Source: Candidatus Hydrogenedentota bacterium (GTDB lineage: Bacteria; Hydrogenedentota; Hydrogenedentia; Hydrogenedentales; SLHB01). Taken from it: DNA of 64,000 nt. Shown in pieces: positions 9,254-18,791 of the stretch. Numbering within the stretch: the stretch's first letter is position 1; each line of letters begins with the position of its first letter. A model generated the notes under the pieces. It searched no databases. It saw only the letters and a program-made list of their open reading frames with translations, and had not been told where the DNA came from. A program made the position numbers and the translations under genes. The stretch is taken from contig CAVUWV010000031.1 in assembly GCA_963745075.1 (NCBI GenBank), positions 160,001 through 224,000 on the forward strand, read 5' to 3'.

Positions 9254-11542
9254 ATGCATTTTTTCTGTTCGTTTCGGGCGGGCGAATTTTGGGAGTGTTT
9301 TAAGGGGTCAGTGGTGAACCAGTTTAGCGGGTTAGAACGGGGCGCACATTTCGGGAAGTACACAATCCTCGGGGAATTGGGCCGGGGCAGCATGGGAATC
9401 GTGTACCTCGTGGAAGATTCCGGATTGCATCGCGAGGTGGCCCTGAAAGTCTTGAGCGATTCCCTCAGTCGCGATTTCGGATTTCGCCAACGATTCCAAC
9501 TGGAAGCGCGCTCCGTAGCGGGCCTCGCTCACCCCAATATCGTCCGCGTTCATGCATTTGAGTCGCTTAACGGATTGCTGGCGATCGAGATGGAATTGGT
9601 CGATGGCGGGAGCATGGCCGACATCATGGTGTCCAAGGGGCTCACTGTCGGTGAAGTCGCCCGGTTGTCGCACCAAATCCTGGACGCGCTGGATTGCTGT
9701 CACCAGGAGGGCTTGGTCCACCGGGACATCAAACCGACGAATATCCTAATCGACCGGTACGGTAACGCAAAGCTGACGGATTTTGGACTGGCGAAGATTC
9801 TCGAAGGGCATCTCGAGATGTCCATGCGCGGCACCGGCTCGTCGGTGTTCTTTATGGGAACCCCCCGGTACGCACCCCCCGAAGCATGGGATTCCGCGGA
9901 GGCAACGGCTTCTTGGGACCTCTATTCGTTGGGGATGGTCATGTATCAAGCGGTCGCGGGTCATACCCCGTATGAAGCGGCAACCCCGATGGCGCTTGTC
10001 AAAGAAATGGCGACCCGACGCGTGGTTCCGCTGCAAGAAATCGCGCCACAAGTCTCGCCGGAATTCGCTCAACTCGTTGGCAGCATGACCGCGCACGAGC
10101 CGGGACAACGGCCCGAGTCGGCCCGCGCGGCCCTGGAGATGCTTCGCAAAGCACCGGAAATGAGCCACCCCCTGGACACGCGTGCGCCAACCATCGTCGC
10201 GCGGCGGGAGCGACCGAATTCGTATATCGGAACGTTTGTCAAACGGGCGCGCAAGCTGCGGTTGCGGTCGTACCATGGATTCCTTGCGGGAATCCTGATT
10301 ACGCTGTTCCTCGTGGCCTGGCTGGTCCCCCACGTCGAACGCGCCAGCACGAAGGGCGCCACGCCCGGTGTCCTCTCGACCCCTTCGGCGAAACCGGTCG
10401 CGGGGGAAACTCAGATGGGCAGATTCTGGAAGACGATGCCCGATGCGGATACGCTGCCGACCTTGGCAAAGTTTGACAAGGAGTCGGCACGGATCTACGA
10501 CGTGTGGCGCCAAGATGCCGATAAAACCTATCCAGGCGCCCTTCTGACGTTGCCCGATTCGGCCGACGAGAATGTCCTGCAAGGATATGCCGCCTTCGAG
10601 GGAACGATTTGGGGGCTGCGTCTTTCGCCGCACGAGGATTCACTGAGCGTCGAAGGGGGTTGGGCGTCGTATGAGGGTCCGACCGGAAGTGCGCTCCGCA
10701 TCGGTGGGATTCACGGAAGCGCTCGATGGTTGGTGCCGCGCAGGTCACTCTTGCTGGCGCTGGAGTTCGCGGATGAGCAGACGAACGCGACGTGGAGGGA
10801 ATCCGTCTCCGCCACCGAAACCGCCCCGCCGTGTACGGATACGCGGTTTCTGCTGGATTTCGAAGCAATGCCGATGCAGCAGCCGCTGCTGTACAACGAA
10901 CTTTTACCGCGACGTTTGGACTGGGCATTGGCTCTGGAGTCGCTGTTTCCCGCGATTGAAGGGGCCCGCACGAGAGTTCCGCGCGTCGCGGCGTCGGACG
11001 CAGCGGTCACCATCGACGGTGTGCCGGACGAACCGGTATGGGATCGCAGATTTTCGGACCAACAAGGCACGATCGGCGTTTTGCGCGGCTTGCCCGGGGT
11101 TAGCAGGGCACGCATGATCCTGCGCGCCACGGAAACCGCTCTCGTAATCTGTATTCTTGTACCCCACGATGCAACCCCCAGCGACCAAGTCTCGTTGGCG
11201 TTATGCAAGGGATTCGCCATGCCCAAATCGGAAACGAGGTGGTGGCGCGCCACGTACGACCAGAACAGCGGGGTGGTGGCCGATTGTCTGGTCGCAGGAC
11301 GCGTGCAACCTTGGTCGTGCACGTGGGAACTGGCATCCGGCGCAAACGCGGGAATGTGGTGCGTCGAGATGAAGATCCCGTTTGCCAGCCTGGGAGACGG
11401 ACACCCGCCCGATGGGGGCGACGATTGGCACTTGAATTGTGTGGCGCGGCACATTGAGAATCCAGCCCACCCAGTACCGGTGGCCGTCTGGGGATATCCC
11501 GTGTTGGAACAGCTCGAGCACGGAGTCATCCTGGAATTCTGA
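9254..11542 (+). CDS. Membrane-anchored Hanks-type Ser/Thr protein kinase with C-terminal CBM9/DOMON-like sensor domain
   Basis: LGRGSMGIVY, VALK, HRDIKPTN, DFG, GTPRYAPPE; a TM helix; VTIDGVPDEPVW. True start may be GTG near 9313. Confidence 0.9.
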   Translation: MHFFCSFRAGEFWECFKGSVVNQFSGLERGAHFGKYTILGELGRGSMGIVYLVEDSGLHREVALKVLSDSLSRDFGFRQRFQLEARSVAGLAHPNIVRVHAFESLNGLLAIEMELVDGGSMADIMVSKGLTVGEVARLSHQILDALDCCHQEGLVHRDIKPTNILIDRYGNAKLTDFGLAKILEGHLEMSMRGTGSSVFFMGTPRYAPPEAWDSAEATASWDLYSLGMVMYQAVAGHTPYEAATPMALVKEMATRRVVPLQEIAPQVSPEFAQLVGSMTAHEPGQRPESARAALEMLRKAPEMSHPLDTRAPTIVARRERPNSYIGTFVKRARKLRLRSYHGFLAGILITLFLVAWLVPHVERASTKGATPGVLSTPSAKPVAGETQMGRFWKTMPDADTLPTLAKFDKESARIYDVWRQDADKTYPGALLTLPDSADENVLQGYAAFEGTIWGLRLSPHEDSLSVEGGWASYEGPTGSALRIGGIHGSARWLVPRRSLLLALEFADEQTNATWRESVSATETAPPCTDTRFLLDFEAMPMQQPLLYNELLPRRLDWALALESLFPAIEGARTRVPRVAASDAAVTIDGVPDEPVWDRRFSDQQGTIGVLRGLPGVSRARMILRATETALVICILVPHDATPSDQVSLALCKGFAMPKSETRWWRATYDQNSGVVADCLVAGRVQPWSCTWELASGANAGMWCVEMKIPFASLGDGHPPDGGDDWHLNCVARHIENPAHPVPVAVWGYPVLEQLEHGVILEF

Positions 11543-11581
11543 ACCGCGACCTACGGGAGGCAATGAGTTCTGTACCAGCTA

Positions 11582-13393
11582 GTGGCAAAATCCGGTATCA
11601 CGAAGGGCGTATCGTGGCCCCTTGCCGACAAACCGATCAGCATCGGGCGAGACCCCGGTTGCGACATCAGCATTCTGGACGGCCACGTATCGCGGCATCA
11701 CTGTCAAATCGAAGCCGTAGGGGATGGGATCTTCCTGACCGATTTGGGAAGCCGCAACACCACGATCGTCAATGGGAAGCCCGTGACACGCTGCGACCTT
11801 CGGCCGGGCGATGAAATCGCGGTCGGCAACGTGCGATTGCTGGTGGCGGAGGTTGGAACGCCCGAAGCCGACAAACTCGAGGGAAGCCAACCTGGCTCCA
11901 CCGTGTCGATTCGGCAATCCTCGGGGTTCTACGTCCGTGGCAAGCGAGCGGACTTTCTGGCGTCGGGCAGAACGCATACGATTTACGATCTTGCCGACCT
12001 CTATTCCATTTCCCGCACGATGTGGACGGCCGCGAGCCGCGAGGAATTAATTGAACGAGCGGGCGAATGGCTGGTGGATCGGTTTTCCCCCAGCATCATC
12101 TGGTTGGTCACAGGAGCGGGCGGTGCGCTCGATATCCAAGAAACGTATTGCGTGCCGAACCGGAAGAAACAGCAACCGCCTCGGGAGCATTGCGAACGTG
12201 CGATCCAGACCGGCGACGGGTTGTTGGTTCCGTTGGGAAAGATTACGTCGCACGCCGAGCCGCCGGAGACGCTTTTGGTGGTGCCGTTGGTCGTCGGTCC
12301 GGAGACGGTCGGCGCAGTCGCGATTCAGTCCGATCGGGGCCGAAGCGCGTATGATGAGGCCGATCTGGAACTGCTTTTGGCGGTAGGGTGTGTAGCCGCG
12401 CCGTGGGTTCACGCGATGGCGACCATTGAATCGCTAAAAGAGGAGACGAGCCGCTTGCGCCGGGTTCGGCCGGAATCCCCGGTGCTCATCGGGTCGGGCC
12501 GTGTCATGGAGGATGTCCGGGGCGCCATTCATAATGCGGCACAATGCGACCTGAACGTTCTGATCCTGGGGGAAACGGGTTCGGGCAAAGATATTGCCGC
12601 ACGGTTGGTTCACGACCTGGGCGCCCGTCGAAAAGCTCCATTTGTTGCAGTGAATTGTGCCGCCATTCCCAGAGAACTTTTCGAAAGCGAACTCTTCGGG
12701 TACGAGCGAGGCGCGTTTACCGGGGCGGTCCGGAGCAAGAAGGGTCTCTTGGACGAGTGCAGTGGCGGGACGCTGTTTCTGGACGAGATCGGAGATTTGA
12801 GTTCGGAGAACCAGGCCCGGTTGCTTCGCGCGATCGAAACGCACGCGTTCCGGAGATTGGGAGGGTCGGAGGAGCATCATGTCGACTTCAGGGTCGTCTC
12901 CGCGACCAATCGTTCGCTCACCCGATCCATCGCGGAGAATTCATTTCGATCGGATCTGTACTATCGGTTAAATGCTATCGAAATTGCGATGCCGCCGCTT
13001 CGCGAGCATCTCTCGGACATACCGGAACTGGTCGACCATTTTCTGCATCTGGCGCGGTTGCGTGTCAAACGTCCGCTGAAAGGCATCACGCCCGAGGCGC
13101 TTGAGGTTCTGCAGAAACGGGGCTGGCCGGGCAATATTCGCGAGTTACGGACTGCCGTCGAACGCGCGGCTGCAATCGCACAAGATGATATGGTGCGTCC
13201 GGAGGACTTTGCGGAGTCGCCCCGATTCTATGACCAGCGGTCATTCCCTACATTGAGTGAATTGGAACGGAGCCACATTCTCGAAGCAATTGACAAGGCG
13301 CAGGGAAACATGACGGAGGCTGCGCGCCTTCTTGGAATCGGACGCACGACATTGTATGACAAGCTTTCCCGCTACAACCTGCGAACGCCTTAG
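11582..13393 (+). CDS. FHA-GAF-AAA+ sigma54-dependent activator (bEBP) with Fis HTH
   Basis: FHA motifs IGR...VSRHH...DLGSRN; Walker A GETGSGK; GAFTGA; LFLDEIG; WPGNIREL; AARLLGIGRTTLY. Confidence 0.95.
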   Translation: MAKSGITKGVSWPLADKPISIGRDPGCDISILDGHVSRHHCQIEAVGDGIFLTDLGSRNTTIVNGKPVTRCDLRPGDEIAVGNVRLLVAEVGTPEADKLEGSQPGSTVSIRQSSGFYVRGKRADFLASGRTHTIYDLADLYSISRTMWTAASREELIERAGEWLVDRFSPSIIWLVTGAGGALDIQETYCVPNRKKQQPPREHCERAIQTGDGLLVPLGKITSHAEPPETLLVVPLVVGPETVGAVAIQSDRGRSAYDEADLELLLAVGCVAAPWVHAMATIESLKEETSRLRRVRPESPVLIGSGRVMEDVRGAIHNAAQCDLNVLILGETGSGKDIAARLVHDLGARRKAPFVAVNCAAIPRELFESELFGYERGAFTGAVRSKKGLLDECSGGTLFLDEIGDLSSENQARLLRAIETHAFRRLGGSEEHHVDFRVVSATNRSLTRSIAENSFRSDLYYRLNAIEIAMPPLREHLSDIPELVDHFLHLARLRVKRPLKGITPEALEVLQKRGWPGNIRELRTAVERAAAIAQDDMVRPEDFAESPRFYDQRSFPTLSELERSHILEAIDKAQGNMTEAARLLGIGRTTLYDKLSRYNLRTP

Positions 13394-15611
13394 CTCGGGC
13401 GCAAGCCTGCGGACTCGGATCGCATACGCGATATTCGTTGCGGCCTGGTTCCCGGGATCCGCCGTTGCGCAGGCGCCCCCATCCGCCACGTCGATGGGAG
13501 TCCCCCAGGTGTCCGTCAATGCAGGATCGGACCCCGACGGACTGGTGCAAGCGGGCCGCTATGTCTATTTTACGGCCGACGATGGCATCCACGGCCGTGA
13601 ATTGTGGCGAACCGACGCGACGCCCGAGGGAACGGTGCTTGTCTGCGATATCTGGGAAGGACCTAACGGCTCGGATCCGGTGAACCTGAGGGCGGTGGGC
13701 GATTCTGTATTCTTTTGTGCGAATAGCCAAAACCGTGTAAAGCCGACAACATTCTGGGTTTCGCAGGGTACGGCAGAGACCACACATTCGGTCGTGGCCG
13801 CCAACGGCCGTATCGAGATCGACCGACGGTTTTCCCATCGCGGGCTAGGATTTGCCAATTCGACCTTTTATTTCGCGGGTCCGGCACCGGCGCCGCACAA
13901 CTCCTGGCTGTGGTCGTGTGACGCGATGGGAGACGATGCGATCATGTTTCCCTTGCCAACGGAAAGCGAGGGTCCCGTGCGCATCGGCCAATTGCTGGCC
14001 AGCGAACACCGTGTTTACGTATGGGGTTCGTACAACGCCTGGCTTGAACGGGTCCGGCCCGTGGAAATGCTCTGGGCGTGGAATACATCGACGTCGAAAA
14101 TGACGGCAGCTAATCTGGGGTTCAACTTCATGAGTGAAATCATGGGCGCGGTGGGCGACAACGTCCTCATGCGGGTCCGAGATGCGAAGTCCGAATACGG
14201 GTACGAGCTTTGGATATCCGATGGCACGCAGGATGGCACCCATTTGCTTGTCGATATCGATCCCGGTCCAGAGGACGGAATAGCGGTTCCCTTCGACCGG
14301 GTTTCTACCGGGGATCGCCTCTATTTTCGTGCCGACGACGGCAAGACGGGGTCGGAACTTTGGATTTCGGATGGGACGGTGGAAGGAACCCATTTGGTCA
14401 AAGACATCAATCCCGGAACGGAGAACTCCAATCCGGGCATCTTCGCAGTCGCGAACGGGCACGTGTTCTTTCAGAGTGATGACGGGAGGTCCGGCGAGGA
14501 ACTCTGGGTAACTGACGGTACATCGGAAGGTACTCAGCTCGTGCGGGATATCGACCCGGGACTCCCCGGATCAAAACCATTTGCGCTTCAGGGAGCGGGC
14601 GGCCGAATGTATTTCACCGGTGAGGACTCTCTCCATGGAGGCGAGCTGTGGGTGAGCGACGGCACCCAGCAAGGAACCCAACTGGTGAAGGATATTGTGC
14701 CGGGACGAGACGGCTCGTGGCCCCGATATAAAGCGCCACTCGGGGATAAACTAGTCTTCACCGCCAACGATGGCATTCACGGAACAGAGATTTGGGTCAC
14801 CGACGGCACCGAGGACGGGACTTTTCAGTTGAAAGACATCAACAAGCCCCGGGGCCCGAACCCCTCTTCCGATCCGCAATTCTTGACTGCGGTGGGCGAT
14901 CGGGTGTTTTTCGTTGTCAGCGACGCCACCCATGGCGCCGAACTGTGGCGGAGCGACGGATCTCCTCAGGGAACATTCCTGGTGAAAGATATCTTTCCCG
15001 GTCCGCCGAGTTCGCGGCCGTCGGAACTAACGGCATTTGCGGGGCGTTTGTTTTTCCAGGCAGAAGACGGAACCCACGGACTGGAGTTATGGGTAAGCGA
15101 CGGAACGGCTGACGGCACGTATATGTTGGCGGATATCGACCAAGGCGCTCCATCGTCCAGCCCCCACGACTTCGTATTAGGCACCGCGGACGTGCTCGTA
15201 TTTGCCGCGAAACGGCGCGATATCGGGACCTCCCTGTTTACGCTGTCGCGCGATAACACGACGCCGGTACCGATCGGAGAAATCACAGACGATCCGCGTG
15301 GTTACGACCCAAGCAATCTGACGCCCGGTTTCATCGAAGGGGTCGGACCCTGCGTGTACTTCGTGGCAAACGATCGGATTCGTGGCAGAGAGCTTTGGTT
15401 CACCGACCTGACGAATTCCCCCGTCCTGGTTCGTGACATCCTGTCGAATCGAGAGGCTGGGTCGGATCCCGATCAGTTGACCGCCAGCGGCCATTCCTTG
15501 TTCTTCAGTGCCGAGGACGGTCTTCACGGTCGCGAACTCTTCAAGACGGACGGAAACGCCGAGTCCACGGACATGGTTCAGGATTTGCGGCCACCGCCTG
15601 GCGGGGAGTAG
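13332..15611 (+). CDS. ELWxxDGT repeat beta-propeller secreted protein
   Basis: About 10 GxELWxSDGT repeats. Start uncertain because the ORF overlaps the bEBP end. Confidence 0.9.
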   Translation: MESDARHCMTSFPATTCERLSSGASLRTRIAYAIFVAAWFPGSAVAQAPPSATSMGVPQVSVNAGSDPDGLVQAGRYVYFTADDGIHGRELWRTDATPEGTVLVCDIWEGPNGSDPVNLRAVGDSVFFCANSQNRVKPTTFWVSQGTAETTHSVVAANGRIEIDRRFSHRGLGFANSTFYFAGPAPAPHNSWLWSCDAMGDDAIMFPLPTESEGPVRIGQLLASEHRVYVWGSYNAWLERVRPVEMLWAWNTSTSKMTAANLGFNFMSEIMGAVGDNVLMRVRDAKSEYGYELWISDGTQDGTHLLVDIDPGPEDGIAVPFDRVSTGDRLYFRADDGKTGSELWISDGTVEGTHLVKDINPGTENSNPGIFAVANGHVFFQSDDGRSGEELWVTDGTSEGTQLVRDIDPGLPGSKPFALQGAGGRMYFTGEDSLHGGELWVSDGTQQGTQLVKDIVPGRDGSWPRYKAPLGDKLVFTANDGIHGTEIWVTDGTEDGTFQLKDINKPRGPNPSSDPQFLTAVGDRVFFVVSDATHGAELWRSDGSPQGTFLVKDIFPGPPSSRPSELTAFAGRLFFQAEDGTHGLELWVSDGTADGTYMLADIDQGAPSSSPHDFVLGTADVLVFAAKRRDIGTSLFTLSRDNTTPVPIGEITDDPRGYDPSNLTPGFIEGVGPCVYFVANDRIRGRELWFTDLTNSPVLVRDILSNREAGSDPDQLTASGHSLFFSAEDGLHGRELFKTDGNAESTDMVQDLRPPPGGE

Positions 15612-15665
15612 GCTCGAGATTCCCCGGCTCACGCCGGTTGGCTGGGGGGCGGATACTGTAACGCA

Positions 15666-15682
15666 TGTTCGGAATCCGTACA
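15666..15682. promoter_or_regulatory. Candidate bEBP enhancer (UAS), TGTTCGGAATCCGTACA
   Basis: Imperfect TGT-N11-ACA palindrome about 130 bp upstream of a -24/-12 promoter. Confidence 0.45.
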
Positions 15683-15809
15683 ACACTATTCCGCACTTGA
15701 ACAGAAATCCCAGCAGGACGAGGCTTCCTCCCCTCTCGGAGATACGAAAGTCCATCAAAAGCCAGTATCTTTTACCAGATACCTTCGCTTCGCAGTTTCA
15801 ACGCATAGT

Positions 15810-15825
15810 TGGCATGCAACCTGCT
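15810..15825 (+). promoter_or_regulatory. sigma54 (-24/-12) promoter, TGGCATGCAACCTGCT
   Basis: GG at 15811-12 and GC at 15823-24 have the canonical 12-nt offset; intergenic; downstream of a bEBP gene. Confidence 0.7.
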
Positions 15826-16025
15826 TTATTAGAGGGCAGGTGACGCAGGGTTAACCGACACCCAAGAACGCGCATCGTACAACGGCATCAACAGCCGACC
15901 AGCCTTGCGTCATTGATTGCCTGGAGGGCAGGGCGAGAGTGACCCCCTCTCGTCCTGCCCACTCAGGCGCCTCGATAGCGACCCGGACCAGGCTGGGCCG
16001 CGAACCAGCAGGGAGCAAGCGAACG

Positions 16026-16211
16026 ATGTTCGTGATCGTTCAGGTCGATATCCAACGTGACCAGCCGGTTCGTGTGATTCCTGTCAAGTACTCCGTTGAA
16101 TCCGAGGCGCAAGCCCACGCGGAGGTGCTTACCTCTCGTGCTGGACGGCATCGGTACGTTGTACGCACATTTTCCGAACCGTCGCCGGTTGCCGCCTCCC
16201 CTGCCCGCTGA
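16026..16211 (+). CDS. Small hypothetical protein (61 aa)
   Basis: ATG 16026 preceded by GGGAG; lies downstream of the sigma54 promoter. Confidence 0.45.
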   Translation: MFVIVQVDIQRDQPVRVIPVKYSVESEAQAHAEVLTSRAGRHRYVVRTFSEPSPVAASPAR

Positions 16212-16264
16212 TACGTTTCGCGCCCCCCCAATAGCGAAGCACACGGGCGATTAATAGCAAGCGC

Positions 16265-16296
16265 AAGTCATCCATCGCAAAAGTCATCCATCGCAA
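16265..16296. repeat. Perfect 16-bp tandem duplication (AAGTCATCCATCGCAA x2)
   Basis: Read directly from the sequence. Confidence 0.9.
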
Positions 16297-16424
16297 GTTG
16301 TGCATTCCGTTTTCGTTGGTTATGATTGGACCTTCCGTCGCCGCCGAGGTCTATTGGGGTCACTTCCACGGCCGGCGGTGCGTACCCAGGCTTCGAGCCA
16401 TTACACGTAGACGAGGGGGTCGAA

Positions 16425-18791
16425 ATGAATCCAGTACTTTATACCGGTTATCGGGGCGTGACTATGACTGCAATGGTTGCACTCTTGCTGTTGGTCAACG
16501 TCACATGGGCGGAACCTATTGCGCTGACCAATGCGACCATTGTCGTGGGAAAGGCAAAGAACTCGACTTCGCTCGCGGCAACCGTGCTCTCCGAAGAAAT
16601 CGAGAAACGCACCGGCGTTCACTGGAATGTCGCTACCGAATGGCCCGATGATGGCGCAGCCATTGCCATGACCGCGGGTGGCGCGCGCAGTCTTTACGGT
16701 CGCGCGGTTCCCGAGAACTGCCATGTGACGGCGGCTGAAGCGTTTGCCGTTCATACGGAAACCACCACACAACCGATCGTTTGGATCGCGAGTGCAGACG
16801 CACGAGGCGCGCTGTTCGGCGTGGGGTATCTGCTGCGCAAGCTGGACTGGCGTGACGGTTCGGTGGCGTTAGCCGCGCCCATTCACGTGGTGACAGCCCC
16901 CGAGTATCCTCTTCGCGGTCATCAACTCGGGTATCGCGCCACCGCGAACTCGTACGACGCCTGGAGCAAGGAACAATACGAGCAGTACATCCGCGAACTC
17001 GCCTTCTTCGGGACCAATGCCATCGAAATGATCCCGTTGCAGGACGGACGCCCCGTGGTCGGCGACGTGCCGCGGGAAGAAATGGACCGCACGGTCAGCG
17101 CGATCTGCGACAAGTACGACCTCGATTTCTGGATCTGGACCCCGGCCACGATCGACCTTTCCGACGCGAAACTCCGCGCCGAATTGCTTGCGGATCATGA
17201 CAAGCTGTTTGCAGGGTTTCCCCGCCTCGACGCGGTGTTCTTCCCCGGCGGCGACCCCGGCGACAATCCGCCGGAGTTGGTGATGCCGTTCCTGGAAGAC
17301 CTGTCCAAAGTCCTGGCCAAACATCACCCCAAGGCCAAGATTTGGATTTCGCTCCAGGGTTTCGACCCCTGGCAGGTGGACGTGTTTTATGCGTGGGTAA
17401 ACGAGCATCAGCCGGACTGGATGGGCGGCGTCGTCGCGGGCCCCTCGAGCCCGGCCATCTATGAAACCCGGCTCCGCCTCGACAAGCGATACGGGCTGCG
17501 TCATTATCCGGACATCACGCACGTCGTGCGCGCGCAGTATCCGGTATCGTGGATCGATCCGGCTTTTGCGTTCACGCTGGGACGGGAGCCGGTGAACCCG
17601 CGGCCGGTTTACTACCGTGTGATCCACAACAATCTTGCGCCGTACACGAACGGATTTCTTACCTACTCGGACGGTATCCATGACGACCTGAACAAGGTGG
17701 TGTGGAGTTCGCTCGGCTGGGACACGACCGAGGACTTGCGCGAGATCCTTATCGACTATTGTCGTGTCTTCTTCGGACCGGACGTGGCGGATACGGCGGC
17801 CGACGGCATCTTCGCGTTGGAAAAGAACTGGGACGGCGCGCTGGCCCGGAACGGCAGCGTAGACGGGACCTTGCGCCTCTGGCAGGGGTTGGAATCCAAG
17901 TCGCCGCAATTGAAGGACAACTGGCGCTGGAATCTGTATTTGCTTCGCGCCTATTACGATGACTATATCCGGCACCGGCTGATTCACGAATCGGGACTCG
18001 AAGACGCGGCGAATGCCAAGATGCTGGAGGCGCCGAAGGTCGGCGCGGATAAGGCCATGGATGCGGCGCTCGCGGAGTTGGCGCGGGTCGACACCGAGAA
18101 GGTCCATCCGGAGTGGCGGGATCGCATCTATGCGCTGTGCGAGAGTCTCTGGAACCAGATCGGCTACCAGACCAGCGTCGAGAAATACGGGGCCGCGGGC
18201 GCCGAGCGCGGGGCCGTGCTGGACTTCGTGGACTACCCGTTGAACAACCGCTGGTGGTTGGAAGACGAAATCGCCAAGGCGCGGAAAATGCCGAGCGAAG
18301 CGGACAAGGTCGCACACTTGCATATGCTGGCCACGTGGGCGCACCCGGGACCGGGCAGTTTCTACGACGACATCGGCAACGTCGCGAAGTGCGATCACGT
18401 AATTCGCAGCGAACGCTACAACACGCTGCTGGAACCGGACCGACCGACCGTCCCGGATTTCATGTTCTGGGACAACGGGAAGCGGCGCGTGCGCCAGTCC
18501 TGGATGAGCAAGATGGATTGGCCGGAAGGGCTGCGCTATATCGGGCTCGATCCGGACGCGGACTATGTGTTCAAGACGACGGGCATCAGTTCCTGCCTGC
18601 CCCGGGCCAACGGACTTCGGCTGGTACCTACCGAGGACGGCCGCGAAGTGGGCGATGTAAAGGTGTTCCCCGTACCGCGCCAGGCGTATCGGGAAGGATA
18701 CTTGACGATAACGTTCGACGTGCCGTTCGAGCCCGGCATCAATTGGCGTCAGATGTCACGCTTGTCGGAAGCGTGGTTGATCAAGAAGTAG
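16425..18791 (+). CDS. Secreted glycoside-hydrolase-like protein (GH67N/GH20-domain-2-like N-terminus)
   Basis: Signal peptide; LSEEIEKRTG, ADARGALFGVGYLLR and PEYPLRGHQLGYR precede a TIM-barrel-like region. Start uncertain. Confidence 0.6.
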   Translation: MNPVLYTGYRGVTMTAMVALLLLVNVTWAEPIALTNATIVVGKAKNSTSLAATVLSEEIEKRTGVHWNVATEWPDDGAAIAMTAGGARSLYGRAVPENCHVTAAEAFAVHTETTTQPIVWIASADARGALFGVGYLLRKLDWRDGSVALAAPIHVVTAPEYPLRGHQLGYRATANSYDAWSKEQYEQYIRELAFFGTNAIEMIPLQDGRPVVGDVPREEMDRTVSAICDKYDLDFWIWTPATIDLSDAKLRAELLADHDKLFAGFPRLDAVFFPGGDPGDNPPELVMPFLEDLSKVLAKHHPKAKIWISLQGFDPWQVDVFYAWVNEHQPDWMGGVVAGPSSPAIYETRLRLDKRYGLRHYPDITHVVRAQYPVSWIDPAFAFTLGREPVNPRPVYYRVIHNNLAPYTNGFLTYSDGIHDDLNKVVWSSLGWDTTEDLREILIDYCRVFFGPDVADTAADGIFALEKNWDGALARNGSVDGTLRLWQGLESKSPQLKDNWRWNLYLLRAYYDDYIRHRLIHESGLEDAANAKMLEAPKVGADKAMDAALAELARVDTEKVHPEWRDRIYALCESLWNQIGYQTSVEKYGAAGAERGAVLDFVDYPLNNRWWLEDEIAKARKMPSEADKVAHLHMLATWAHPGPGSFYDDIGNVAKCDHVIRSERYNTLLEPDRPTVPDFMFWDNGKRRVRQSWMSKMDWPEGLRYIGLDPDADYVFKTTGISSCLPRANGLRLVPTEDGREVGDVKVFPVPRQAYREGYLTITFDVPFEPGINWRQMSRLSEAWLIKK

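Noticed and set aside
16869..18398. Long antisense ORFs (also 36913-38262, 42000-43472, 54640-56061, 59343-60608)
   Set aside because: Expected stop-poor shadows of high-GC genes; no recognisable motifs.
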